Below are positions 18,615 to 29,300 of a stretch of 64,000 nt of DNA, one piece after another; position 1 is the stretch's first letter, and every line of letters starts with the position of its first letter. Made by a program: the position numbers and the translations under genes. Source of the DNA: an uncultured virus (IMG/VR IMGVR_UViG_3300038679_000356) (Duplodnaviria; Heunggongvirae; Uroviricota; Caudoviricetes); the IMG/VR virus record IMGVR_UViG_3300038679_000356; one strand, given 5' to 3'. Under the pieces are notes generated by a model. It was not told the origin of the DNA. It did no database searches and saw nothing but the letters and a program-made list of their open reading frames with translations.

Positions 18615-21608
18615 TTACGGGGTTCCTCCATCGATATCTCTTGTACCGATAGAGTCTGGATCACCACCGTCAAAATAACGTGTAGGACTAGCATCAGGAT
18701 CACCGCCATCCAGAACTGAGATATTACTTTCGAGTTCGCCGACTTCGTTGTACGTCGATGGTTCGCGTAATAAACGGTCGAGGACGGTGATTTGATCATC
18801 TGTTGGGATTGTTCCACGGAAAAATATGACGACACCCATGGTACCCTTCGCATAGTAAGTGGCATATCTTCCAAATGCGATTGGAAAATTTTCGTCATAT
18901 ATATCTGTCTGAAATGCGGTAACAGGAGAGCCCTTAACTCCATTTGATATGGGCGAATATGCAGTGCCGTCTCGACGAACTCCTGTTGTAGCCGGTACAT
19001 TCAGGCTTAGGCTGCTTCCTGTGACTAATGCGTAGTTGGTGTCGGGGTTAGTGACACTGCGGAAATGCCATAACGATGTATTATTTACTTGTTGCTCAGC
19101 CTCTATTGCATCGGGACGTGTACCTGTGCTGAAATGAGTGCTAATAAGTCCGCCACGGCGTGACAACTCTGCCGTAGTCCATAACACTAACCAACAAAAG
19201 TCATCGGTTCCGACTTTCTTAAACATGTCCGTCATATCTGTGCCAAACGGAAGAGTTGCATAATTGGAACCGCCCAAGTACAATCCGTCGGGCGTTATGG
19301 TTGCAGACGTATTTACTAAGTCAAATCCTCCGATCATATCTGAAAGGAATCCGCTACGGAACCACATAGCCTTCATATATGCAGGCCACGTTACTTCCTC
19401 AGTTGGCGCGGGGGCGTCAGCATTGCCAATGTAGCATTCTAGCTCGACATCGGAGCTGCGGGTTTCGCCATCTTGGACAGCGTAATCAAGCAGGTACTCT
19501 GTAAATGGTGCCTGCAATACCGTGTACTGGTCCAGAGTGTAGGAGGTCGGTGGGGTGAAATCATCCTCACCGTACCTTGCAATTCCCTTCGATATGCGGA
19601 CTTGTCTGATCTTCCCATTGAACGAGGTTGAATTGTAGAATCGTCCAATCTCTAAAGCGGCTGATAAACTAGCGAGTGTGATACTATAAGTGACCGTCTT
19701 TCGATGCACGCCTAAAGTATGCAGATGAAAGTCATTTCCTGACCTCGAAACAGCAACATGTACCCATTGCCCAGTAGGTGTTGCTACGTTTGACTTGAAT
19801 ATTGCTGGACTAATCACAATGGAACCACCTGAAACTATGTAGAATGAGATATTACGCCCATCTACATTGTCATAGTTGAACAGGTGAATACGGTTATTCG
19901 CGTCGCCCATCTGTTGGATGATACCCATTTCGGCGTCAGCATTAAGATAGACCCACGCTTCCCACGTGAAATCTTCGTCAGCCATTGTCCAATCATCGGA
20001 ATCCGCAAAGGAGGCGTAGCCGCTCGTAAATTCTAGCCCATTTACGCCAGGACCAGCGACAAGAGAGGTCGTAGAAGCATTCCCATGTCTGCTGTAGAAT
20101 CCATTGAAGCTCCCCTTGAGCCAGAAATCGCAAACACCGCTGTATGGATTAAGACCACGAAGCGGGGCGGAGTACGGGACGGCAACGCCTGCTTTGGCAA
20201 CGCGGAAATCCTGGAGGGCGTAGCGATAGCTGGCGGCGGGAGGGATGGAAGTGCCTTTGAGAATTCTCAGATTTCTGACTGTATACGCCAGTGTTCCACC
20301 AGAGCCGCCATCATACCGAGCACCGATGTAGACGCCCAAGTTTCCGCCAATGGACGCGGTAGCGTTGCCGCTGCCGTTCGTGAGTTCTGTTCCGTCTACA
20401 TACAGCTTCGGATTTGCGGAAGGCGTAATGACCAACGTCAGCTTTCGCCATTCATCGTTATTCAGACCGGAAAAACTCCATGTCCGTGGTGCCGACGCAC
20501 TGTCGCGATATCCGAAAATGTTGTTACCCATCTGCCAATAAAGGTCGAAGAATTTATTGGCACCGCCGTCTTGATCAGATGCAAGAAGATACCTACCGGC
20601 TGTTCCGGTGCCGGACCCTAACTTTACCTCCCATTCGATCACGGCAGTGGTGAGACTCTGGAAGTCAACAAGCTGTGCTTGTCCAGTGATCCCGATTTTT
20701 GCCTGATCCGTTCCGGCAGGTAGACTGAGCCCATCAGCAGTGATAGCAGCATTCCCAAACAGCGTCAAAGAGTGCGCAGTTCCCGGTGCGTACTTTGCGA
20801 CACCAAATCCGGCATCGGTTGTATGCCCCTGGAATGACCAGTTGCCGACCTCGAATGGATTGTACTGGAAGAGGTCGTGGGGGAGGACCATTGAACCGCG
20901 TGCGGGCGGGGTGAAGTTGGCGGTATAAAGAGCTTCGCCTTTTAGTATCAGCAAGTCAGCCATAACGCCATGTCCACCGCCTTCGTTCCCTGTCGAACAA
21001 GACGCCATAAGCCCGAGATCTTTTGCCACATCGGCTAGTGCGCCGGAATACGTATCGGTGTCTTCTACCTGTCCGTTGACGAACAGCCGCCATGTGTTAC
21101 CAGATCGTGTAACTGCGACATGATACCACGTATCCAGCACAATTGTAGTAGTTCCTTGCAGGGCTGGATCGCGCCAAGTACCGCCTATATTTGAAACGAA
21201 ACGGAACTGCTGGTTCGTGGTTTCCTGACTGTTTATGATCCAACCATCCGTACTAGTTGCCGACCGCTTCCCTATGAAGTTATTCCACCCAGTTATCCAG
21301 CCGGTCGGCTTTACCCAAAACGCGATAGTTAGGTCTGCAGATGCAAAATCGAGATTGGCGGAATACGTGACCTTCGCCCAATCAGATTGTGCAGCACTAT
21401 GATACCCGTCCGTGTCAACGTATCCGCTGCCTTGTGCCGTCACCACATGCGGAACTCTCACCGCCTTCTCATCTGAATCTCCGTAATCGAACAGTCCATA
21501 GGTGTCAATGCCCGACTTCCGCAGTGGGAGCTTCAAGACTTCTTTCGGAGCGTGTAGTCCGGGGATGGTGAAGCGAAGTGGTATAGGCATGTCGGTGTAG
21601 GTACTCAT
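18615..21608 (-). CDS. Multi-LamG/ConA-like lectin adhesin with interrupted DUF2341-like scaffold and C-terminal DGG repeats
   Basis: TIAFWVK..WYHVAVTRSG..LFVNG, FTWEAWVY..WVHVAVSRSG..G.I..VRISKG.ARY...FTPP; ends LDGGDP..FDGGDP..IDGGTP. Confidence 0.85.
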   Translation of the reverse strand: MSTYTDMPIPLRFTIPGLHAPKEVLKLPLRKSGIDTYGLFDYGDSDEKAVRVPHVVTAQGSGYVDTDGYHSAAQSDWAKVTYSANLDFASADLTIAFWVKPTGWITGWNNFIGKRSATSTDGWIINSQETTNQQFRFVSNIGGTWRDPALQGTTTIVLDTWYHVAVTRSGNTWRLFVNGQVEDTDTYSGALADVAKDLGLMASCSTGNEGGGHGVMADLLILKGEALYTANFTPPARGSMVLPHDLFQYNPFEVGNWSFQGHTTDAGFGVAKYAPGTAHSLTLFGNAAITADGLSLPAGTDQAKIGITGQAQLVDFQSLTTAVIEWEVKLGSGTGTAGRYLLASDQDGGANKFFDLYWQMGNNIFGYRDSASAPRTWSFSGLNNDEWRKLTLVITPSANPKLYVDGTELTNGSGNATASIGGNLGVYIGARYDGGSGGTLAYTVRNLRILKGTSIPPAASYRYALQDFRVAKAGVAVPYSAPLRGLNPYSGVCDFWLKGSFNGFYSRHGNASTTSLVAGPGVNGLEFTSGYASFADSDDWTMADEDFTWEAWVYLNADAEMGIIQQMGDANNRIHLFNYDNVDGRNISFYIVSGGSIVISPAIFKSNVATPTGQWVHVAVSRSGNDFHLHTLGVHRKTVTYSITLASLSAALEIGRFYNSTSFNGKIRQVRISKGIARYGEDDFTPPTSYTLDQYTVLQAPFTEYLLDYAVQDGETRSSDVELECYIGNADAPAPTEEVTWPAYMKAMWFRSGFLSDMIGGFDLVNTSATITPDGLYLGGSNYATLPFGTDMTDMFKKVGTDDFCWLVLWTTAELSRRGGLISTHFSTGTRPDAIEAEQQVNNTSLWHFRSVTNPDTNYALVTGSSLSLNVPATTGVRRDGTAYSPISNGVKGSPVTAFQTDIYDENFPIAFGRYATYYAKGTMGVVIFFRGTIPTDDQITVLDRLLREPSTYNEVGELESNISVLDGGDPDASPTRYFDGGDPDSIGTRDIDGGTP

Positions 21609-22792
21609 GGGAACGCCTCCGCAGGTATCGTAAGCGAGAATTTATATGACCATTCGCTGTATGGTGTTGGAGTATTGCTTGAGCTGGATGAGCTGGATGA
21701 GCTGGATGAATAAATTGAACTATTACTACTTGACGAGCTACTTGACGAGCTACTTGACGAACTACTTGACGAACTACTGGATGATGGACCTGATCCTGAT
21801 TTTGCCGCTAAGCCCATCCAATTTACTGATGGTCCAAGAGCAGTTAGCGCTCCAGAGACGGGATTTATTTTACACAGTGTTCCAGCATAGGTTCCATCAT
21901 GCCTTACGCCATATAGCTCTCCATTATAAAAGCACATATCTCTGAAATTATATCCAACATTTACAGGAGTACCGAGAACTCCAGTTTCTAATGTGATTGG
22001 ATAAATATTATTACTTGCGCTATAATAAGCGTTTCCACTTCCTTGATCGTAAGCCAATCCTTGACCTTGCGTGAATTCTAGTTGGGTTATATAAGTTATT
22101 GCCGCATTTGACAAATTCATTGAATGATATGAATATGAATTACATCCACTGCCAGTTATATAGCCTACGCCATTTTTAATGGTAAGTGACGCCAATGGAC
22201 ACCATGCGCCACTATTTCCAATGAAAGTATACGCTCCAGTCAATTGGTTTAACTCTACGAGAGCCCCATATTCTATCGGTCCATCATAAGTATTGACTAT
22301 GCCGTATAGTTTATCGCTCGATGGATCGTAAGCTAATGAACGAACAGAATTGGTATTAGTTGCTCCAATAAGTGTCCTGTCTCCAGTGGATGTATCGACA
22401 GAATATAAATTAGAGCCGGAGTCGGTTGCAAACATCATACCAGGAACTTCAGCCGCAGACGAACTACTACTTGATGAACTTAATGATTCGCTGGATGAGC
22501 TTGATAAACTGACAGAAGAATAACTTGACGATGACATTGAACTACTGGACGGACTTGATTGACTTGAATTACTTTCTGATGAACTGCTAGAAAAACTACT
22601 TGACTTACTTCCAGAAGAACTGGATGAAAAACTGGATGAGCTGGACGGTGTTTGACATGTAAGACAATCTGAAAAAACATCTTGAACAGATGGAATAACC
22701 ACTACGCCAGGACCAGTGCCAGAATAATAATAGCACTGTCCATTTATGCGAATCACTTCGCCATAATATTGATCTGCTACAATTGGGTCCAT
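21605..22792 (-). CDS. Cys-socket + poly-Ser + beta-propeller adhesin
   Basis: N-terminal G..IRING.CY...CLTC; LYSVD..TG..T.IG / SLAYD...LYG blades; two Ser tracts. Confidence 0.75.
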   Translation of the reverse strand: MDPIVADQYYGEVIRINGQCYYYSGTGPGVVVIPSVQDVFSDCLTCQTPSSSSSFSSSSSGSKSSSFSSSSSESNSSQSSPSSSSMSSSSYSSVSLSSSSSESLSSSSSSSSAAEVPGMMFATDSGSNLYSVDTSTGDRTLIGATNTNSVRSLAYDPSSDKLYGIVNTYDGPIEYGALVELNQLTGAYTFIGNSGAWCPLASLTIKNGVGYITGSGCNSYSYHSMNLSNAAITYITQLEFTQGQGLAYDQGSGNAYYSASNNIYPITLETGVLGTPVNVGYNFRDMCFYNGELYGVRHDGTYAGTLCKINPVSGALTALGPSVNWMGLAAKSGSGPSSSSSSSSSSSSSSSSSSSSNSSIYSSSSSSSSSSSNTPTPYSEWSYKFSLTIPAEAFP

Positions 22793-22793
22793 A

Positions 22794-23492
22794 TTACGGA
22801 ACTCCAGTTGGCGTAAAAGTTATATCGAATGTTGCACCATAAAGTCGGAATCCATCCGTACCGTCTATTCCGTTAAATAATTGTACTGACATGCCATAAG
22901 ATAGTGAATACCAATTCCATGTGCTTGAGTCGTAGTAATACCAATCATATCCGTCATAATTCCAGAATGAAGAATATCGATGTCCATCAGATGGTCCAGA
23001 GATATACTCATAACCAGGTCCAGAATCGCCTGGTCCCTCACGATATATTGACGTTTTCCACTGCCATATGATTCCAGACGTAAATGCGCCAGTGTCAGTA
23101 TATCCACTCATTGTCGCATATTCTGGGAAATTATTTGCAGACCCTCCAAGAGGATAATTTAGAGTAACGGTAGGATAACTCGCCCCAAAAGAACTTGATG
23201 AGCTTGAGCTTTGTGAGCTTGTCGACATTGATGATCTTGATGATGATAATGACATTGATGAACTACTGGACGACAAAGGCGTGCATGGCAAATAAATGTA
23301 ACCTATCGTTCCGCTGCTAGATGAACTACTGCTAGATGAGCTTGGGAGCGTTGAACATTCCTCACAAGTTTCATATGCCCCCTCAACAGTAGCTGGCGTC
23401 AACGGCTCATTAGTCATTGCATCAAAAACATAACAGATCCCGTCAACCTTTATGACGGTCCCTGCATTGTAATTAATGATGATATTTGCCAT
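22794..23492 (-). CDS. Cys-socket + poly-Ser + YIYLPC strand + Tyr/Trp-rich domain
   Basis: GTVIKVDGICY...CEEC, Ser tract, GYIYLPC, Ser tract. Confidence 0.75.
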   Translation of the reverse strand: MANIIINYNAGTVIKVDGICYVFDAMTNEPLTPATVEGAYETCEECSTLPSSSSSSSSSSGTIGYIYLPCTPLSSSSSSMSLSSSRSSMSTSSQSSSSSSSFGASYPTVTLNYPLGGSANNFPEYATMSGYTDTGAFTSGIIWQWKTSIYREGPGDSGPGYEYISGPSDGHRYSSFWNYDGYDWYYYDSSTWNWYSLSYGMSVQLFNGIDGTDGFRLYGATFDITFTPTGVP

Positions 23493-23504
23493 TTATTTCC
23501 CTGA

Positions 23505-24413
23505 TTAAAGTCTGTACCGCACCATGACGATGCCTCGTCCGCCATTTCCACCAGTTACACTTCTGCTTCCGCCACCGCCTCCGCCCCCCAAACCATTAGT
23601 CCCAGCAGACGGTCCGCCACGGTCGTCAGATCCGTATCCGCCACCGCCTAATCCACCTTCTCCGCGTTGGCTTGATCCACCAAAACTACCTCCACCTCCA
23701 CCTCCGGCATAATAAGTTTCCGTTCCGGTGAAATTAATTTGAATACCATCGCCGCCATAACCTATTGTGCCGTTTTGACTTGTTCCGCCGTTGGCTCCAG
23801 CTTCTGACGCACCGCCACCGCCACCCTGAATGAAATTATAGGTATTGGGAGAACAATTTCCGCCAGCAAATCCCTGATCTTCAGTACCTGCCCCTCCAGT
23901 TCCGGAATACGATGCATAAATGGCTCCGCCTCCGCCACTACCTCCCAAGCGACCATTAACCGACGAAGAAGGATAAGAAGCGCCACCGCCTCCGCCGCCA
24001 ATCGCAGTTAGTCCAGTTGGTCCAGCAAATAAAGAGTCTTCTCCATCTCCGCCTTGCGAAGAAGCAACTCCAATACCGCCATTCCCCACGGTTACAGCAT
24101 ACTCTCCGGTGTTTATTGACATCCCTAAGTTCAGAATATATCCACCAGCGCCTCCACCACCAGCACCAATGGCGTCACCAATTCCAGAACCGCCAGCTCC
24201 ACCGCCAGCGATCAATAATACATCTACATTTCTTGTCCCGACAAGAACGGTAAAACTATCTGATCCGCTATCAAAAGTATGTATTCTATAGGAAAACCCA
24301 CCAATCATGACATCAGAGATATCCCCGCCGATCGCGGAAAAGCGCAATGGACCAGCGTCACGTGTTCCAACCATATACCCATAAACATCTCTATTGGCTG
24401 AGCGGTAAAGCAT
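23505..24413 (-). CDS. Gly-rich tail/fibre protein
   Basis: YRIHTF...VDVLLIAGGGAGG...YYAGGGGG...GGRGIVMVRY. Confidence 0.8.
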   Translation of the reverse strand: MLYRSANRDVYGYMVGTRDAGPLRFSAIGGDISDVMIGGFSYRIHTFDSGSDSFTVLVGTRNVDVLLIAGGGAGGSGIGDAIGAGGGGAGGYILNLGMSINTGEYAVTVGNGGIGVASSQGGDGEDSLFAGPTGLTAIGGGGGGASYPSSSVNGRLGGSGGGGAIYASYSGTGGAGTEDQGFAGGNCSPNTYNFIQGGGGGASEAGANGGTSQNGTIGYGGDGIQINFTGTETYYAGGGGGGSFGGSSQRGEGGLGGGGYGSDDRGGPSAGTNGLGGGGGGGSRSVTGGNGGRGIVMVRYRL

Positions 24414-24434
24414 TTTTCATCTCCAAATCATCTC

Positions 24435-24776
24435 TTAGACTGGCTCTTCAGATCCACATACAAAACAAGTTACTTTTGATGCAGTTGTTGTGACTCCCAC
24501 CAAAGACGAAGCATCATCAATTACGATTCCTTCTCCAGAAAAATCAAGAACGACTGTCTCATTAGATGGCACTGGAATATTCCAAAGAATGTAAGTATTA
24601 GTTCCATCATTCATCTTAATTACAACCACTTCTTCAGAAGTGTTAATGTTATGTAAAATGATGTTGTGAATTAATCCTTTAGTCGATGCTGGAGGATCAT
24701 AAATTGTTCCTTCACTACTTGGTAACTGTATAAACGCCAATTTTTTTCTAGTAAACGCCATATTATTCTCCTTCAA
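24435..24776 (-). CDS. Small beta-sandwich fibre adaptor protein (putative)
   Basis: TIY..P....IHNIILHN...VP.NET...G.E pattern, which I recall from ~110-aa phage fibre adaptors. Confidence 0.55.
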   Translation of the reverse strand: MKENNMAFTRKKLAFIQLPSSEGTIYDPPASTKGLIHNIILHNINTSEEVVVIKMNDGTNTYILWNIPVPSNETVVLDFSGEGIVIDDASSLVGVTTTASKVTCFVCGSEEPV

Positions 24777-26202
24777 CCGCCATCATGACGGATATTATTT
24801 GATCCTTATTATCTTCACTGCCATATTCCGCTAAGGTTGTCCATCCACCTGTAGCCATTATTGACGCAATCATATCAGATTCGCTGAATGGAATTGAGTT
24901 AGAACTGCTGGACGAACTACTACTTGATCCATTAGATGACGAGCTACTGTGTGATGAGCTACTGTACGACGAACTACTCGACGAACTACTTAAAGATGAA
25001 CTAGATGAACTCGAACTGCTGGACGAGCTACTACTGGATGACGACGAATAATAGTCCAACGGCGCGGAGAATTGATATGTAGTTAAATCCTCGCGTTCTA
25101 CCAATGAATCGGTCGGATTGTTAAGGTAGGTTGTGCCCAGAGCACTTAGGAACCCAATTTCACCTGCCTCCCCTCCGCCAGGGAGAGAATCATTATCGAC
25201 AGGTTGAATTTCAGTCTGTAGTGGTTGCGAAGCATCTGAATCTATAATTTCAATAAGATCATCTTGTTCGTTTAATGTGTCGGTCGGATTATTGACATAG
25301 GTTGTTCCCAATGCACTCAAAAACCCGATTTCACCAGTTTCTCCACCGCCAGGAAGCTGATTATTGTCAACTGGTTGTGGCGTGATCTGCAAAGGTTCAA
25401 AGAACGCCTCCTCTTCAATATCTGTTCTTGGGAATTGTTCAAAGAAAGACGTCATTTGGAATGCGTCAGGATGTAATTGTATTTGTTGCGGTTCGGCGTA
25501 CGCAGAGGAACTGCTGCTTGAGCTGCTTGAGCCAATACTTGACGAACTGCTACTGGATGAATAGCATGGAATATATCGATAATAAGGCAATATTACGCCG
25601 CTGCTGGAACTACTAATGCTGGAGCTATTACTACTGGAAAATGAAGACGAACTGTACGACAAACTGGATGAACTGGATGAGCTTGATGAACTCGACGACA
25701 AACTTGACGAACTACTATTTGATGAGCTAGATGACAAGCTCGATGAGCTTGAGGAGCTACTACTGGAGATTGACGAACTGCTACTGCTCGACGAACTACT
25801 GAAACTTGATGAACTACAACTGCTTGATGAGCTACTGTTTGATGAGCTGGAACAGCTACTTGAACTTGATGAATTACTGCTCGATGAGCTTGAATAGCTA
25901 CTTGAACTTGATGAACTTGACGAACTACTAGAACTTGATGAGCTACTGCTCGATGAGCTGGAACAGCTACTTGAACTTGATGAACTTGACGAGCTGGATG
26001 ACGAACTGGATGATGAACTGGATGAACTTGAACTAAAACATTTTTTGTAGATAAAAATAGATCCACACTCGGCGCATGAAATACAGGAAAATTCCACAGA
26101 CGTGTGCGTTGGCTTCTTGTGAGTGAAGCCAAGTTTGGTGTAACAGTACCCTCCAATGAGTACAGTCGTACCCATATCGGTGGGAAGTACGATCCTGTCC
26201 AT
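24763..26202 (-). CDS. Extremely Ser-rich scaffold protein (Cys socket, two YxYxxC-type strands, acidic 2x repeat, C-terminal hydrophobic helices)
   Basis: One Ser-rich tract of about 140 residues; QPVDN..LPGGGE.GEIGFLSALGTTY.NNPTD twice. Confidence 0.75.
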   Translation of the reverse strand: MDRIVLPTDMGTTVLIGGYCYTKLGFTHKKPTHTSVEFSCISCAECGSIFIYKKCFSSSSSSSSSSSSSSSSSSSSSSSCSSSSSSSSSSSSSSSSSSSSSSYSSSSSSNSSSSSSCSSSSNSSSSSSCSSSSFSSSSSSSSSSISSSSSSSSSSLSSSSSNSSSSSLSSSSSSSSSSSSLSYSSSSFSSSNSSSISSSSSGVILPYYRYIPCYSSSSSSSSIGSSSSSSSSSAYAEPQQIQLHPDAFQMTSFFEQFPRTDIEEEAFFEPLQITPQPVDNNQLPGGGETGEIGFLSALGTTYVNNPTDTLNEQDDLIEIIDSDASQPLQTEIQPVDNDSLPGGGEAGEIGFLSALGTTYLNNPTDSLVEREDLTTYQFSAPLDYYSSSSSSSSSSSSSSSSSSLSSSSSSSSYSSSSHSSSSSNGSSSSSSSSSNSIPFSESDMIASIMATGGWTTLAEYGSEDNKDQIISVMMAVEGE

Positions 26203-26314
26203 AGCTATCCGTGGTTAAGGCTTTTCGTAGCTTAACTTTCGCCCAAACGATCGGTTTTTCCTCCCAATAAGCTACATCTGGGAAACTATACAATGCAGCC
26301 AGATTTGAATCAAT

Positions 26315-29300
26315 CTATCCAGAACACGCATTCGCGCATGTATTATAGTTGGTGTATGGTCCTGACACATATTCATAACTTGCGTAACCAAGACCAGGTA
26401 TGTATTGACATGCATTAAATCCACCAGCAGCAATAATGTCGAATCCACTAACACATCCTTGTGTTTCTTGAGGTATGGTTGTCCAGCAACCAGTTGCTCC
26501 ACCCATTTCATACCATAATCTGGATATAACACAGTAGGTAGCATCTGGATCTACATAACCACACACGCAATCTTGCAAGCCATCGAATGACGGTGGGGTA
26601 TAGGAACCTGTGGCACCAAGCGCCTGTGTGCAGGTCTCATATTCCCCAATGTCAGCGGCAAGGTTGACTGTATAAACCGCATGGCAATAGTCTGGTTCAT
26701 CTTGATAGAAATTCCACCCTTCATTGTATGGGTTTTCACCTTCCTCAGTAAAGACCTCATCAGTCAGTTGCCAACCACCATCAGGGCAGCCGTACCAAGC
26801 AGCTAACCAAGCGCGATATCCATAACAATCAAAACTTTGACTTCCAGAGCTACTGGAAGAAGAAACAGCTTCAGAGCAACAACAATTTAGATACCATAAC
26901 CCTTCATATTCATTACACGTGCCGCCACAGGAAGAAGTCCATCCCCAACTCTGGCAATATGAATCAACGCAAAGGATAGACTTGGCGGCAGCACATTCGC
27001 TATAACTGTCGTACGAATCCATAAACCCGCCATCTATACAATTCTCGCCACCATCGCTACAATTTTCCGGGGAATAACATGGGTCTTCTGTCCAGTTTGG
27101 AGAAGGTGCAGTTCTGACTACGGAACGGCAAAATTCTGTGCCAGATTCAGATAATCCATCGACCGTTAAATTTTCACCAGATCCAATATATCCACCACTC
27201 CACGTGCAATCAGCCTCTTCATCATACCAGAAATAAGCCCAATCAAGCGTTCCTTGATCGCAGTACCAAACTCCCCATCCCTCAAGTAGAAATGGATTTG
27301 TGCAATTTTCACAAGCTGTTTCTTTATCAAGATAGTAATCACCACCAGGATTCCATTGTGAATCTGTGTCGGGAGGATCAGTTGGACAACATTCGGCAGC
27401 AGCACTACTACTTGAACTGCTACTCGGACACTCACAAGCCGGAGGACAATCACCTTCAAATGGACCACAAACAACTTCATCAATATATCCAGGAAGATCT
27501 ACACAACCACCAGCAACTGGAGGATTTGGTGTACATTCACTACCTGCATAACAACCAAGTATTAGAAATGATCTATCACCAGGATTTGTACATGGATCAC
27601 CAGGACCAACCCAAACATTTAAGCAGTAGTATTGTTCTGTTATCTCACCACTGCTACTATAGCTGCTACTACTATAACTACTGCTACTGTAACTGCTACT
27701 ACTGTAACTGCTACTACTGTAACTGCTACTACTGTAACTGCTGCTTGATAGACTCGATGAACTTAATGATAAGCTCGATGAATTTGAAGAACTCGATGAA
27801 TTTGAAGAACTCGATGAATTTGAAGAACTCGATGAACTTGAACACACGCATTCAGTAAGGTCTGTTGGCAAGTCAGGTCCGGCTGGCCAATTAACGCAAT
27901 CATCTCCGCCAACACAAGGAGGAGTTCCAACATTACATTCCGCATAGGAATAAATACATAACTCTCCCTCTTTACCTTCAAATTTCCAATCGTGATTACT
28001 TGATTCACAAAGAGATGAGTCTATGCATTCGGCACCCTCTCTGGAAATTTCGCTCCATGAATCAGAAACACAATCGTATGCGACAGACCAATTGTACAAA
28101 CATAATGTTTCGCATGGGTCGTCCGACCATGAGGCGCTTGGGGTTAATTGAACCGATCGACATTGCAATCCACCTTCATTAACTGTGGATCGTATTGTTC
28201 CGGCTTCACCGTCTGGTATTGATGATGTTGAAGCCCATGTACAGGTGCCATCATCATAGCTATATGTCCAGAAAATATTTTTATCGCAGTACCACTTTTC
28301 ATATCCATCCAATTTGAATGGTTCTGCACATACCGCGCAAGCACCGCTTTTACTCGAATAACCACCTTGTGGCGTCCAATATGATTGACTATCAAGAGGA
28401 TCATCCGGACAGCAATTCTGCGAAATCCAGTTCGGTTCACTTGGAGAAGATAAAGTAACTGTTCTACAGGGTTCTTCGGTGGAATTAATGATTGAGTCGA
28501 TATCAGTGACTGTATCACTTGCTACATAAGCGCTTGTCCAAGTGCAAGTGCCATTATCTTCCACATATTCCCACCTTAAATTATTTCTATCGCAGAACCA
28601 GTAATTGTAACCATCCATTTTTTCTGGTTCACAGCATACCTCACAAGCTGCTGCGAGCGTAGAGTAACCACCCTTAACATTCCAATTTGAGCTATCTCCA
28701 GTTGGATCATCGCCACAGCAACAAACTTCTTCACTGACAGAAGGCGTTGGGGCAATCAATTGTACGGTCCGGCAAATAAAACCATCACCATACCGCTTAC
28801 CATGCACGTCAGACGCCTCGCCTGGCTCTACAAGAGATTCTGACACCCATTCACATTCACTTTCTTCATCGTCCCAGGTATAGGATAATCCAACGCTGGA
28901 CGGAGTGCTGCTACAAAAATATCTTTCACTTGATCCAACTGATAACTTGTAAACTGGAATAGCTCCGACAATACCACATTCTTCACATGCAGTTTCTTTA
29001 TCTGGATACCCTTCTGCTATAGTCCAGTATTCGTCGTTTTCAGGAGGATCGTTTTCACAATAGCACGCTTCTTTAACAGGATCAATTGAAGGAGCGGTAA
29101 CTTCAAAGGTGCGACAGGTGTACGTTTCACCCCCAATTTCATAAGTCGAGGTTACATCTCCGGTGAACCCAGTGATAATTCCTTCTACTCCGGATTCCCA
29201 TGTGCAACCATCATCATTTACCTCAAAATAATCGAAAGTGGGGAATTCATTGCACCAATAATATGTATTTCCATCAAAAACGAATGAATATACGTCACAG

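Noticed and set aside
25105..25380. Two ~100-nt repeats as a possible TR/VR pair
   Set aside because: Both copies are in frame in one gene and differ mostly at synonymous positions of all base types, so this is an ordinary domain duplication.
27640..27840. Short tandem repeats (and the 66-nt repeats at 51480-51780) as CRISPR arrays
   Set aside because: There are no unique spacers; unit lengths are multiples of three and lie inside coding frames.
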